Shown here piece after piece: positions 31,190 to 40,570 of a stretch of 64,000 nt of DNA; positions within the stretch are counted from its first letter, which is position 1; every line of letters begins with the position of its first letter. The position numbers and the translations under genes were made by a program. The notes beneath the pieces are model-generated. The model was not told the origin of the DNA. It saw only the letters and a program-made list of their open reading frames with translations, and searched no databases. Source of the DNA: Microcoleus sp. (GTDB lineage Bacteria > Cyanobacteriota > Cyanobacteriia > Cyanobacteriales > Microcoleaceae); NCBI GenBank assembly GCA_052279835.1, contig CP181291.1, positions 5,952,001 through 6,016,000 of the forward strand, in the 5' to 3' direction.

Positions 31190-32731
31190 ATGCCACGCAT
31201 ACCTAGCTTAACATTCGATCGCGGAACTCTTCTGCTACATCCACCACCAACAGGCAGAGACTGGGTGGACTTTGCCACATGGGACGATCGCGTCGAAAAA
31301 TTCCGCATTCGGGCAATTCACTACCGTCCCCTGGTAGAATGCCTCCAGGCCGATTGTGTCAACTTCACCGACCTTGCCCGCGCCTACGAACAACTCGAAC
31401 TCGTACCCAGTGTGGAAATGCAGCCTTATCCACATCAAGAACAAGCCCTGGCTGCATGGCAGCAAGCCGGTAGTCAAGGAGTTGTGGTGCTTCCCACGGC
31501 TTCGGGGAAAACTTACCTGGCACAATTAGCCATGCAAGTCACTGGTCGCAGTACATTAATTGTAGTGCCAACTCTGGATTTAATGCATCAGTGGTATGCT
31601 AATTTAAAAGCAGCTTTTCCCAAGATAGAAATCGGATTGTTAGGCGGAGGTTCGCGAGACAAAACGCCGATTTTAGTAGCAACCTACGACAGCGCAAGTA
31701 TTCATGCAGAAACCTTGGGCAACAAATACGGCTTGCTAGTTTTTGATGAATGTCATCACTTACCCACGGACTTTTTTCGAGTAATTTCCGAATATGCGAT
31801 CGCCCCTTTTCGACTGGGACTAACAGCCACACCCGATCGCACCGACGGCCGCCACAGCGATTTACATTTCCTGATTGGCCCGACAGTTTTTAGCAGAAAG
31901 CCCGAAGACTTGGCTGGCGATGCTTTAGCCGAACACAAGATAGTCCAAATCATGGTAAAACTGTCAAAAGAAGATGGCGATCGCTACCGCGAATTAATCA
32001 ACACTCGCAACGACTTCTTAAAACAGTCTAACATTAAAATATCCACTCTCGAAGGATGGAAAAAGTTTATCATGGCCAGCGCGCGATCGCCCACCGGACG
32101 CCAAGCCATGCTAGCCCACAACCAAGCCAAAGCCATCGCCCTTTGTACCGAAGGCAAACTGCGAATATTAGGCGAATTACTAGAAAAACATTACCCGCAG
32201 CGCACCCTAATTTTCACGGCAGACAATGCCACAGTTTACCGAATCTCCCAAGAATTTCTGATTCCTACGATTACCCACCAAACCCCGGTTAAAGAACGCC
32301 ATGAAATCCTGCAAAAATTTCGCAGCGGCGAATACAAAACCCTGGTAGCCTCCCACGTCCTCAACGAAGGAGTGGACGTTCCCGATGCCAGAATTGCGAT
32401 CGTCTTATCAGGCACCGGTAGCGAACGGGAATACATCCAACGTCTAGGTCGAGTTTTGCGAAAAAGCAGCGATGTAAATAAACTAGCAATTCTCTACGAA
32501 GTTGTCACCGAAAACACCAGCGAAGAAAGAACATCCCAGCGGCGTCGAGGCGGAATGAAATTTGAAAAACCGAAACTACCAACAATAATAGAACCACCAC
32601 AATCCGAACCTCAGCAACTAGAAATATTCCAGCCAACACCTATTTACGGAGTCAATCGCCAGACAACCAAGCGCGCGGCCGAGTCGCCTCAAAAATGGGG
32701 AGAAAATAATGATGATAATGAAGAAAAATAA
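31190..32731 (+). CDS. XPB/Rad25-like SF2 helicase
   Basis: PYPHQ, PTASGKT, DECHH, LGLTATP, EGVDVP, QRLGRVLR. Confidence 0.92.
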   Translation: MPRIPSLTFDRGTLLLHPPPTGRDWVDFATWDDRVEKFRIRAIHYRPLVECLQADCVNFTDLARAYEQLELVPSVEMQPYPHQEQALAAWQQAGSQGVVVLPTASGKTYLAQLAMQVTGRSTLIVVPTLDLMHQWYANLKAAFPKIEIGLLGGGSRDKTPILVATYDSASIHAETLGNKYGLLVFDECHHLPTDFFRVISEYAIAPFRLGLTATPDRTDGRHSDLHFLIGPTVFSRKPEDLAGDALAEHKIVQIMVKLSKEDGDRYRELINTRNDFLKQSNIKISTLEGWKKFIMASARSPTGRQAMLAHNQAKAIALCTEGKLRILGELLEKHYPQRTLIFTADNATVYRISQEFLIPTITHQTPVKERHEILQKFRSGEYKTLVASHVLNEGVDVPDARIAIVLSGTGSEREYIQRLGRVLRKSSDVNKLAILYEVVTENTSEERTSQRRRGGMKFEKPKLPTIIEPPQSEPQQLEIFQPTPIYGVNRQTTKRAAESPQKWGENNDDNEEK

Positions 32732-32807
32732 CCAGGGAGAAAATGAAGATTGAAGAATGCCAATTTAATGTATAATTTCAGAAACCACTAACTCGGAGTA
32801 GCTAACA

Positions 32808-33269
32808 ATGAGCGATATCCCACAAATAACTAACTTCAAAGTTTTGCCCAAACATATTGGTATTTGGGAGGGAGACTGGACAATACTCGATGGAGACTGC
32901 AAGGAAAAGCTGAAATTTACAGCCGTATTAACCCAGAAAATAGTTGATAACCAGTGGAGGCAAACTAACGTTCAAACCTATGCAAACGGTCAGAGTGAAA
33001 CTCAAAATTTTGTAGGTCATGTTGTGGGTGAAGGACAAATAGCAATAGAAAGTCCAGACTCTCCTTTTTCCAACTACAAGACACTAGCGACAGAAGTTGG
33101 AGAGGATTTGATAATTTTTCAAGTATGGGAGAAAGCAACGGGAAGTCTCAGGGCTGTGGAAACTATCAATTTGATTAATTCGGGTGAACGAATTCGGACT
33201 ACCCAAAGCTTGACCGAAGAGGGAAAACTCAGGGGAATTATGGTGGTTGTTGAACGAAGAATCGACTAA
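32808..33269 (+). CDS. Beta-barrel (DUF3598/lipocalin-like) hypothetical protein
   Basis: GIWEGDW motif and a beta-strand-rich pattern. Confidence 0.6.
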   Translation: MSDIPQITNFKVLPKHIGIWEGDWTILDGDCKEKLKFTAVLTQKIVDNQWRQTNVQTYANGQSETQNFVGHVVGEGQIAIESPDSPFSNYKTLATEVGEDLIIFQVWEKATGSLRAVETINLINSGERIRTTQSLTEEGKLRGIMVVVERRID

Positions 33270-33283
33270 AAATTTTACTGCTG

Positions 33284-34519
33284 ATGCTACCAACAGAGTT
33301 ACTAAGTCACCGTCAAAATGGCGAATCGATCGTCCCCCTACGCCTGAAGATAGATGCTAAAAACCTAGAAGCAGCCACCGAAATGATTGATTGCTTCCAA
33401 AGTGCGATCCTCTTCGAGGGCTGCGCTAACGGCAAAACCCAAGGCGAACTAGACAAACGGTTGCAAGAACTAGAAGGCGACAGCCCCGACTACCGGCTCA
33501 AACGCGGATTAGCCCACCTTCTAAAAGGCGGTTTCAGCACCTTTGAAATCATCAGTCCCCTAGAACCAATTGCATTAAGACAGCGCGTATTTGCCCTAGC
33601 AGCGCAATCCGTACCCACCAAAAAATCCACCCAATTAACCCTCGAAACATTAGCACTTGAACTCAGTCAAGAATTAAATAGAGAAGTTTTAACCAATGAA
33701 ATAACTACAGGTTTATACGCAGATTTAAACGAAAATAAAATCCTTACCCAATTCGATACACCCACACCAGAAGCACTCTTACATCGCTACAACCTTTCTC
33801 AAGTCCAAGGCATATTTTATCGCGCCAGTCAAGTCCAATTAAACGCCCACCGCAACGATCCAGGAGAATACAAACTCCTATTTCGCTATCTAAAACTATT
33901 CCAATTAATGACATACATAGAAGGCGATGCCGAACATGGTTTCACCCTCACCATCGACGGGCCGACAAGCTTATTCAAACCCAGCACCCGCTACGGCTTA
34001 GCCCTAGCAAAAATGCTACCCGCCCTGCTACACGTCACCAAATGGAGTATGCACTCAACACTGCAAACAAAAGACCCTTTTAGCGGCGTATTAAAAACAG
34101 GTAAATTCACCCTAAACTCAGAGTGCGGTTTAGTCAGCCACTATCCACCAGGAAAACCCTATGATAGTATGTTAGAAGCAGCATTTGCCGAAAGATGGAA
34201 TTCCACAAAAACCGAGTGGAAACTAGAACGAGAAGTAGATTTAATTCCCATTCCCGGTAGCGTGATGATTCCCGACTTTCGGTTAGTGCATCCCGACGGG
34301 CGAGTCTTTTTATTAGAAATAGTCGGTTATTGGAGACCAGAGTATTTGCAAAAGAAATTTGCCCAAGTACATAAGTCCGAATGCGATAATTTAATCTTGG
34401 CTATTTCCGAACGACTGAACTTAGAAAAAGCTGGAGTAAAAGTAAAAGACGTACCAGCAAAAGTAATCTGGTTTAAAGATAAATTGTCACCCAAATCAGT
34501 CCTAGAAGTCCTCGAATAG
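33284..34519 (+). CDS. DUF790 family (Bax1-like) endonuclease
   Basis: MLPTELL, RYNLSQVQG, IDGPTSLF..STRYG, DSMLEAAF, IPDF...LLEIVGYW. Confidence 0.9.
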   Translation: MLPTELLSHRQNGESIVPLRLKIDAKNLEAATEMIDCFQSAILFEGCANGKTQGELDKRLQELEGDSPDYRLKRGLAHLLKGGFSTFEIISPLEPIALRQRVFALAAQSVPTKKSTQLTLETLALELSQELNREVLTNEITTGLYADLNENKILTQFDTPTPEALLHRYNLSQVQGIFYRASQVQLNAHRNDPGEYKLLFRYLKLFQLMTYIEGDAEHGFTLTIDGPTSLFKPSTRYGLALAKMLPALLHVTKWSMHSTLQTKDPFSGVLKTGKFTLNSECGLVSHYPPGKPYDSMLEAAFAERWNSTKTEWKLEREVDLIPIPGSVMIPDFRLVHPDGRVFLLEIVGYWRPEYLQKKFAQVHKSECDNLILAISERLNLEKAGVKVKDVPAKVIWFKDKLSPKSVLEVLE

Positions 34520-34560
34520 TATCCAAATTCACCCATAATTTGCGAACTTCTTTCTTCCCC

Positions 34561-34769
34561 TCTCTGCGGCCTCTGCGGCCTCTGCGGTTCAAAAAAATCC
34601 TATTCCATGAATGACATTATCTTAAATAGGACTTACAGAAAGTCATGGTGTTGCAAAATTTTGAGATTCTTCACAACACTTGTGAATGAAATAATTACGT
34701 TGTCAATCCCTCCAGGAATTTCTTCCTCTCTCTGCGCCCTCTGCGCCCTCTGTGGTTCAAAAAAATCCT
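34561..34769. repeat. Two direct copies of a CTCTGCG-based dispersed repeat
   Basis: ctctgcggcctctgcggcctctgcggttcaaaaaaatcc (about 34562) and ctctgcgccctctgcgccctctgtggttcaaaaaaatcc (about 34730). Confidence 0.75.
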
Positions 34770-34860
34770 CAAAAAACATCGCACATTCCACGCTATACTA
34801 AAATCAGAACATCCCCGAATCCTTGCCACCGCGTCCTCTCACCCTAAAACCGATCGCACA

Positions 34861-35580
34861 ATGGCAGACACAAATATTGTCGAGAAAATCAAAAAGCTGC
34901 TAGCCCTCGCTACTTCATCCAATGAAAACGAATCGACTGCGGCGGCAGAAAAAGCTTCACTTTTGCTAGCACAATACAATCTCAGTCTCGCTGATTTAGG
35001 CCCGAATCAACAGGAAGAGATTACCGAAAGTGGAGTGGAAACTACACCGCGCTATGTGACTTGGAAGATGATTTTGCTTTCGGGAATTGGTGAAGCTAAC
35101 GGTTGTAATGCGATGCGAAATAGTTATACTGGTAGTATGTTTTTGGTGGGAACTTCTACTAATTTGATTGTGTGTACCCATCTTTACGAGTATTTGAGTC
35201 AGGCGATCGAACGGAGGGCGAAATACCGCAAAGGAAGTGGGAGAGGATTGGCTTATCTCAATGCTTTTCGGGTAGGCTGCGCGACGAGATTGAGGCAGAG
35301 ATTGTTGGAACAAAAGCAGCAAATGGAAGAGTCGGGGATTCCGGGTGTGGGGGATGTGGCGGCGACTCCGGCGATTGTGGTGCGATCGATGTTTGAGAAG
35401 AATCAACAGGCGATCGCCGATTATTTACAGAGTTTGGGTGCTAAAGTTAAAACTCGGACAGGTTCTCAAATCAGCAGCGAGGCTGGTTTTAATTCTGGGT
35501 ATGAAGTGGGCGACAAAATTAGTTTGCACAAGCAAGTGCAGTCGCAAGGGGAGTTTAAACAACTCAATGAAAGTCTTTGA
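34861..35580 (+). CDS. DUF2786 domain protein
   Basis: EKIKKLLALATSSNENE..AA..KA..LL..YNL N-terminus. Confidence 0.85.
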   Translation: MADTNIVEKIKKLLALATSSNENESTAAAEKASLLLAQYNLSLADLGPNQQEEITESGVETTPRYVTWKMILLSGIGEANGCNAMRNSYTGSMFLVGTSTNLIVCTHLYEYLSQAIERRAKYRKGSGRGLAYLNAFRVGCATRLRQRLLEQKQQMEESGIPGVGDVAATPAIVVRSMFEKNQQAIADYLQSLGAKVKTRTGSQISSEAGFNSGYEVGDKISLHKQVQSQGEFKQLNESL

Positions 35581-35589
35581 GGTAAAAAC

Positions 35590-35790
35590 ATGACAGTATA
35601 CGATCTAACTATGGCTAAAATTAGCCAACTGCCAGAGTCACTTGTTCAAGAGGTGAATGATTTCATAGACTTTTTGCTCTTTAAATACAATAGTGAATTG
35701 CCACAGCTTACTGAATCAGACTTTTCTGACTATTTAAAGAATTTAAAATCCTACGAAAAAAAGTTAGCTCGCGGAGAAATTCAATGGTAG
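35590..35790 (+). CDS. DUF2281-like putative antitoxin
   Basis: LPESLVQEVNDFIDFLL; overlaps the downstream toxin start. Confidence 0.75.
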   Translation: MTVYDLTMAKISQLPESLVQEVNDFIDFLLFKYNSELPQLTESDFSDYLKNLKSYEKKLARGEIQW

Positions 35791-36147
35791 GAGCTACATC
35801 AGTAAATCCAACATATACAAGAGGAGATGTCGTGATGCGATTTGAATCCGGTAGTTGGTACAGAACAAGCTGGTATAAGACCTGTTGTCATCTTACAGAT
35901 TGACCGTGCTAATGCAGTAAGTCCTCATACTATTATTGCACCATTTACTACGAAGATTCGTCGCGCCCTTTTACCTTCTCATGTATTTGTTCCATCTGGA
36001 GTTGGGGGTTTAAATCAAGATTCAGTAATACTTTGCGAACAGATTCGAGTGATCGACAATTCTAGGGTTATTCGGGTAATCGGTCATTTAGATAAAAATT
36101 ATATGGATGAGCTGGCAGTAGCCCTAGGTGTGATTTTAGGCTTGTGA
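35784..36147 (+). pseudogene. PemK/MazF family toxin, frameshifted near the N-terminus
   Basis: ATG 35784 gives ..YTRGDVV; DLNPVVGTEQAGIRPVVI..CEQIRVID continues in another frame after about 35836. Confidence 0.75.
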
Positions 36148-36161
36148 GCGATCGCATTTAG

Positions 36162-38462
36162 TTATGGGCAATCAAAGCTCACTCTTGGATCGTCTATAGG
36201 CACAAATTCATAAGAGTTATTATTGCTAGACGGCACTACTGCTACCAATTGAATAGTTGACTCCTTGCGATCGCCATTCTTATCAAAACTTATTTTACCT
36301 GTAGCTCCAACAGTCTTAAAACTAGGGTTAGCCAAAGCCTCTTGGATATTAATGCGGGTTGGTTGCGGCAGAGTTGTTAAGGCTTCTATCACCGCACGAG
36401 TTGCATCATAAGCTGAGGCCGTATTGGGACTGACTGGAGCTCGCCATAAATCCTCACTATCTTTGGGAAATTGTTGATTTGGACTGTTTAACCTATGCCA
36501 AAAAGTAGCTATAACCAGGCGGTATACAGATTGTTTTCCAGCATCCTTCAATGTTTGAAAATTGTAGAGACTATCTCCTCCTACCATACAATATCCATCG
36601 CGATTTGCTTTGATAGCTTTTATAGCTCGATCGCGAGTAGAGATATTCGGAAACAAAATAAGCCCTGTAGATCCTAGTTTTTTGGCTTTATCTACAGCTA
36701 TATCTGGATTAAATAGAATGGTAGATAAATCAAATTCCTCGACTATATTTCCACCACCAGATATAAAGTTAGTCTGGAATCTATCCCTGAGAGATTGGCT
36801 ATAAGGATTTCCTGGATAGTAAAAAACTGCCACTCTCTTCTGGCCGGATTTATTGAGCAAGTAACTAGACAAGCTTTGGGCAGCTACCCGATCGCTAGAA
36901 ACGGTGCGAAATATAAAATCACCCGATAGTGAGATATCTTCAGATGTACTTGTAGGAGAAATTAATAGTAATTTTTGCTTTTCATAAACAGGAGCCGTCT
37001 TTAGAGTTACTGAACTGGAAAAGTGACCGACGACAGCTAAGATATCTGATTTAGCGGTCAAAACATTCGCTATTGCAGTACCCTGGTCTTCTTTTTCAGC
37101 ATCATCTGCGATCGCCACTTTCAAACTTTTACCATTAATTTTTTGTCCCCCATTGACCTCATCTTGAGCTTGGGCAACCCCTCGCAAAAGTTCTTGCCCC
37201 GATTGCTTTACATCATCTTTACCGCTATCGAGAGGGGCAGCAACTGCGATCGTGTAAGCAGGCAAATTTTGAGCTGCTATCCGAGCGTTATTGAGATAAA
37301 TTAAAGTTTCCGGATCTCTTGGTGCTTTTTTCCTTGCCTGCTCGAATAACCTAATTGCTTCACTGTACTTACCGTCAGCGAATGCTGTAACCCCGTTTTG
37401 CTTTTCTGATAGTATTGAGCCGGGAATTAGGATTTTTTTACCATAACTTAAATGCTTTTCCCCCGGAGCAATATTTTGTTGTGAAGATAGTAATTGTGAA
37501 AAAGCGATCGCACCAGCCAATGTTGCTACAGCTAATCCCAACCACAAGATTTTCTTGCGACTCAAACGGCATATCTGCGATATCAACTGAAACAGTTGGG
37601 AAAATACCCGTTTCCACCACGTTTGGGGTGGAATATCGATCGGTGTCAATGGTTGCAATGCCTGCAATACCTCAGATGCTGACTTATATCGATCGTGGAA
37701 GTGATACCGCACCATTTTGTCTAAAATGTTTGCTAACTCAGGAGAAACCTGTACCCAAGGACGCCAGATTTTTTCACCCTTTCGATCTGATTGTATTTGC
37801 TTGAAAGGATCTAACCCCGTGAGTGCTTGGATGCCAATCATTCCTACAGCATAGATATCGCTGCTAAATCTTGCTTGTCGATTGCATTGTTCTGGAGGCA
37901 TATAACCTGGTGTCCCACATGATATTGTTGGGTTCATTGACCCCCCAAATTCTCCCAAGTTACTGATTTCTTTGACTGTTCCAAAGTCAATTAAAACCAG
38001 CTTTTTGTCTCGCCAACGGCGAATTATATTAGCTGGTTTAATATCCCGGTGAATCACTTGCTCCCCATGAACAAATTCAATAATTTCCAGGATTTCCTGC
38101 AACAGGTTAATCACCTCGTATTCTGGCAACAGATTGCCTATTGTCAGTTCTTTGCTGAGAGGATCGCCTTCAATAAACTCTTGAATTAGATAGAATTTTT
38201 CTTTTGTTTCAAAACTATTAAACAGCTCCGGTATTTGAGAGTGCGTCCCTAAGCGTGTCAAAACTTGAGCTTCTCTTTCAAATCTATATTGAGTTTCTTG
38301 CAAGATGGCTGGATCGTTAGATAACGGTATAATTTCTTTGACAACAACTTGCCGAGATGAATTGTTTTTATCTTCAGCTAGATACGTCTGGCTACATCCT
38401 CGCCCCAATTCCTTTATAATTTTGTATTGACCGCCAATCACATCCCCTGGATTTAGATTCAT
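36162..38462 (-). CDS. Ser/Thr protein kinase with TM helix and extracellular ligand-binding (branched-chain amino acid PBP-like) domain
   Basis: HRDIKPAN, DFG, GTPGYMPPEQ; TM segment; AVVGHFSS, FIFRTV, AYDA, GATGKISFD..GDR. Confidence 0.92.
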   Translation of the reverse strand: MNLNPGDVIGGQYKIIKELGRGCSQTYLAEDKNNSSRQVVVKEIIPLSNDPAILQETQYRFEREAQVLTRLGTHSQIPELFNSFETKEKFYLIQEFIEGDPLSKELTIGNLLPEYEVINLLQEILEIIEFVHGEQVIHRDIKPANIIRRWRDKKLVLIDFGTVKEISNLGEFGGSMNPTISCGTPGYMPPEQCNRQARFSSDIYAVGMIGIQALTGLDPFKQIQSDRKGEKIWRPWVQVSPELANILDKMVRYHFHDRYKSASEVLQALQPLTPIDIPPQTWWKRVFSQLFQLISQICRLSRKKILWLGLAVATLAGAIAFSQLLSSQQNIAPGEKHLSYGKKILIPGSILSEKQNGVTAFADGKYSEAIRLFEQARKKAPRDPETLIYLNNARIAAQNLPAYTIAVAAPLDSGKDDVKQSGQELLRGVAQAQDEVNGGQKINGKSLKVAIADDAEKEDQGTAIANVLTAKSDILAVVGHFSSSVTLKTAPVYEKQKLLLISPTSTSEDISLSGDFIFRTVSSDRVAAQSLSSYLLNKSGQKRVAVFYYPGNPYSQSLRDRFQTNFISGGGNIVEEFDLSTILFNPDIAVDKAKKLGSTGLILFPNISTRDRAIKAIKANRDGYCMVGGDSLYNFQTLKDAGKQSVYRLVIATFWHRLNSPNQQFPKDSEDLWRAPVSPNTASAYDATRAVIEALTTLPQPTRINIQEALANPSFKTVGATGKISFDKNGDRKESTIQLVAVVPSSNNNSYEFVPIDDPRVSFDCP

Positions 38463-38701
38463 ACGGTTGAGCTAAAGCTTTAATTTGGTAATTTAAGTGA
38501 TGATAATTATGCCACACAATCTAACTTGTTGCTACTTAAGATCACTGTCTAACCCTTTCAAGGCTGCCCTGTCTCCTGTGCGGATGGGTAACGCTGTCGA
38601 AACTCATAGCAAAGCATTTATCATCGGATTAAATTCTTAGGATAAATATTACGAGCGATTAAATATATATGGTCATACCTACCCCAAAAGATCGATCGCA
38701 C

Positions 38702-39262
38702 TTAATCAATCAACTCTGCTTCTTCAAAAATTAGTCGAGTCGTCAACTCCAAACCCGGCAACAACTCATCCACAATCGGGGTATTATCCGTATAAACTTG
38801 ACTAGAACCATCGGGGAAAAAACTTTTAATTAAGATAGCTTCTGGATCGATTACCCAAACCCTTGGAATACCAGCAGCCAAATAATCTTTCGCCTTCTCT
38901 TCAAATTCTTTCATCGTCTGATCGGGAGAGATAATCTCAATTACCAGTTCAGGAATTGCAGGACAAGCTTGATTACGCCGATAACTGCGCGGTAAACGTT
39001 CATAAGAAATATACAGTAAATCTGGTACAGGAACCCAGTTTCGATTCTGACGCTTTAATAGAATCGCTAATTCTGGAAAGACTCTACCTTTCCCCCTGCT
39101 CCATAGACGCAATAGGAAATTTAAAGCTCCCTGTAAACTGGAATGAAAAATTTTTGGAGACACTTTAGGAACTGCTTGACCATCTACAAACTCATAATAC
39201 ACGTCTCCGTCGGGCAAAGCTAGAAAATCTTCTAAAGTGAGTTTTGTTCCGATGCCTACCAT
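38702..39262 (-). CDS. Uma2 family endonuclease-like protein
   Basis: YEFVDG, VPDL, PELVIEIISP, VWVIDP, LPGLEL. Confidence 0.9.
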   Translation of the reverse strand: MVGIGTKLTLEDFLALPDGDVYYEFVDGQAVPKVSPKIFHSSLQGALNFLLRLWSRGKGRVFPELAILLKRQNRNWVPVPDLLYISYERLPRSYRRNQACPAIPELVIEIISPDQTMKEFEEKAKDYLAAGIPRVWVIDPEAILIKSFFPDGSSQVYTDNTPIVDELLPGLELTTRLIFEEAELID

Positions 39263-39430
39263 GACTCTTAGCCCTCTCGATAATTAATTGATATATTTAT
39301 TGTATCCTTATTTATTTACTTGTCATTATACCAGACCGATCGCACTTTCATCTCCCTGCACCACCAACTCCCTGAAAAACCGCTATAATGGGATACGGTG
39401 CAAAATGCGAACAACCAACAACTAAACATT

Positions 39431-40306
39431 ATGTTCTTAGTAACCGGAGCAACAGGCGCGCTAGGCCGCCGCATAGTACGAGAAATCAGACAGCAAGACA
39501 AACCCGTCCGCGCATTTGTTCGCCTCGCATCTCGGTACTCAGAACTAGAAAACCGAGGCGCAGAAATTTTTATCGGCGACTTGAAACAAGACAAAGATAT
39601 TAAAAAAGCCTGCCAAGGAGTCAAATGTGTCATCAGCACCCACGGCACTGGCGGGGACGTTCAAGCCGTACACTACCGCGCTAATATAGAATTAATCGAC
39701 TGCGCCAAGGAAGCCGGAGTTGAGCATTTTGTATTCCTTTCGGTACTAGGAGTCGATCGCGGATACGAAGATTCGGCAGTATTCAAAGCCAAGCGAGAAG
39801 TCGAAAAATACCTGCAAAACAGCGGATTGAATTATACAATCTTGCGGCCAGCAGGTTTTGCTTCCAGCTTGTTACCGTTAGCAGAAAGGTTTCGAGAAAC
39901 CGGAATTTACCTGCTGATTGGCGACGGCAAAAACCGCACCTCTGTTGTCAGTACCGACGATTTAGCTCGTATTGCAGTAGACTCCTCAACTGTGGAAGGT
40001 GCGCGCAACCAAATTCTGCCCGTCGGCGGCCCAGATGTACTCACAAGAGATGACATTGCGCGCATTTTTGGACGCTTATTCAATCGCGAACCTGTAATCA
40101 TTAACCCGCCACTGGTGGTGTTTGACGGATTGCGAAATGCCTTGGGTTTTTTGAACCCTCAAGCTCAAAAAGGTTTGGGTACTTTACGGGTATTGCTAGG
40201 TAATGAATTTTTCTGTACCCCGGAAGAAGTGCATAACTTAGAAGCAATTTACGGCATCAAAATGGAATCCCTAGAAACCTTTTTGAAGCGCAATTTGAGT
40301 CTGTAA
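39431..40306 (+). CDS. NAD(P)-binding SDR/NmrA-like (Ycf39-like) oxidoreductase
   Basis: MFLVTGATGALG, YTILRP; ATG at 39431. Confidence 0.88.
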   Translation: MFLVTGATGALGRRIVREIRQQDKPVRAFVRLASRYSELENRGAEIFIGDLKQDKDIKKACQGVKCVISTHGTGGDVQAVHYRANIELIDCAKEAGVEHFVFLSVLGVDRGYEDSAVFKAKREVEKYLQNSGLNYTILRPAGFASSLLPLAERFRETGIYLLIGDGKNRTSVVSTDDLARIAVDSSTVEGARNQILPVGGPDVLTRDDIARIFGRLFNREPVIINPPLVVFDGLRNALGFLNPQAQKGLGTLRVLLGNEFFCTPEEVHNLEAIYGIKMESLETFLKRNLSL

Positions 40307-40490
40307 AATCAGTCTTATATGGGACTGGGACAATTACAAGACTTACCTATTCTGGGAGCATCCAGATTTTGCATAGGCTTTCGCATCACCGCAGACAATT
40401 TATTAGTGATAATCAGAGATTTACAGCGGTGATGCGAAAGCCCCTACGAATATATTTGCACTCATTGAGATGCACCCCCTATTCTGAAGG

Positions 40491-40557
40491 AGAACACCGG
40501 GTTTTTGATGAAATCTCCGGGCTGCAACGAAGTATTTTATCAAAAAACCCGGTTTCT
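40491..40557. repeat. REP/MITE-like inverted repeat, same family as 10662-10728
   Basis: accgggtttttgat...atcaaaaaacccggtttct. Confidence 0.7.
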
Positions 40558-40570
40558 TAAGTTATAATCT

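Noticed and set aside
34607..34801. 64-aa ORF
   Set aside because: Largely made of dispersed repeat sequence (LCALCALCG).
38550..38640. Riboswitch upstream of the Ser/Thr kinase
   Set aside because: Some hairpin potential, but no riboswitch consensus I can identify.
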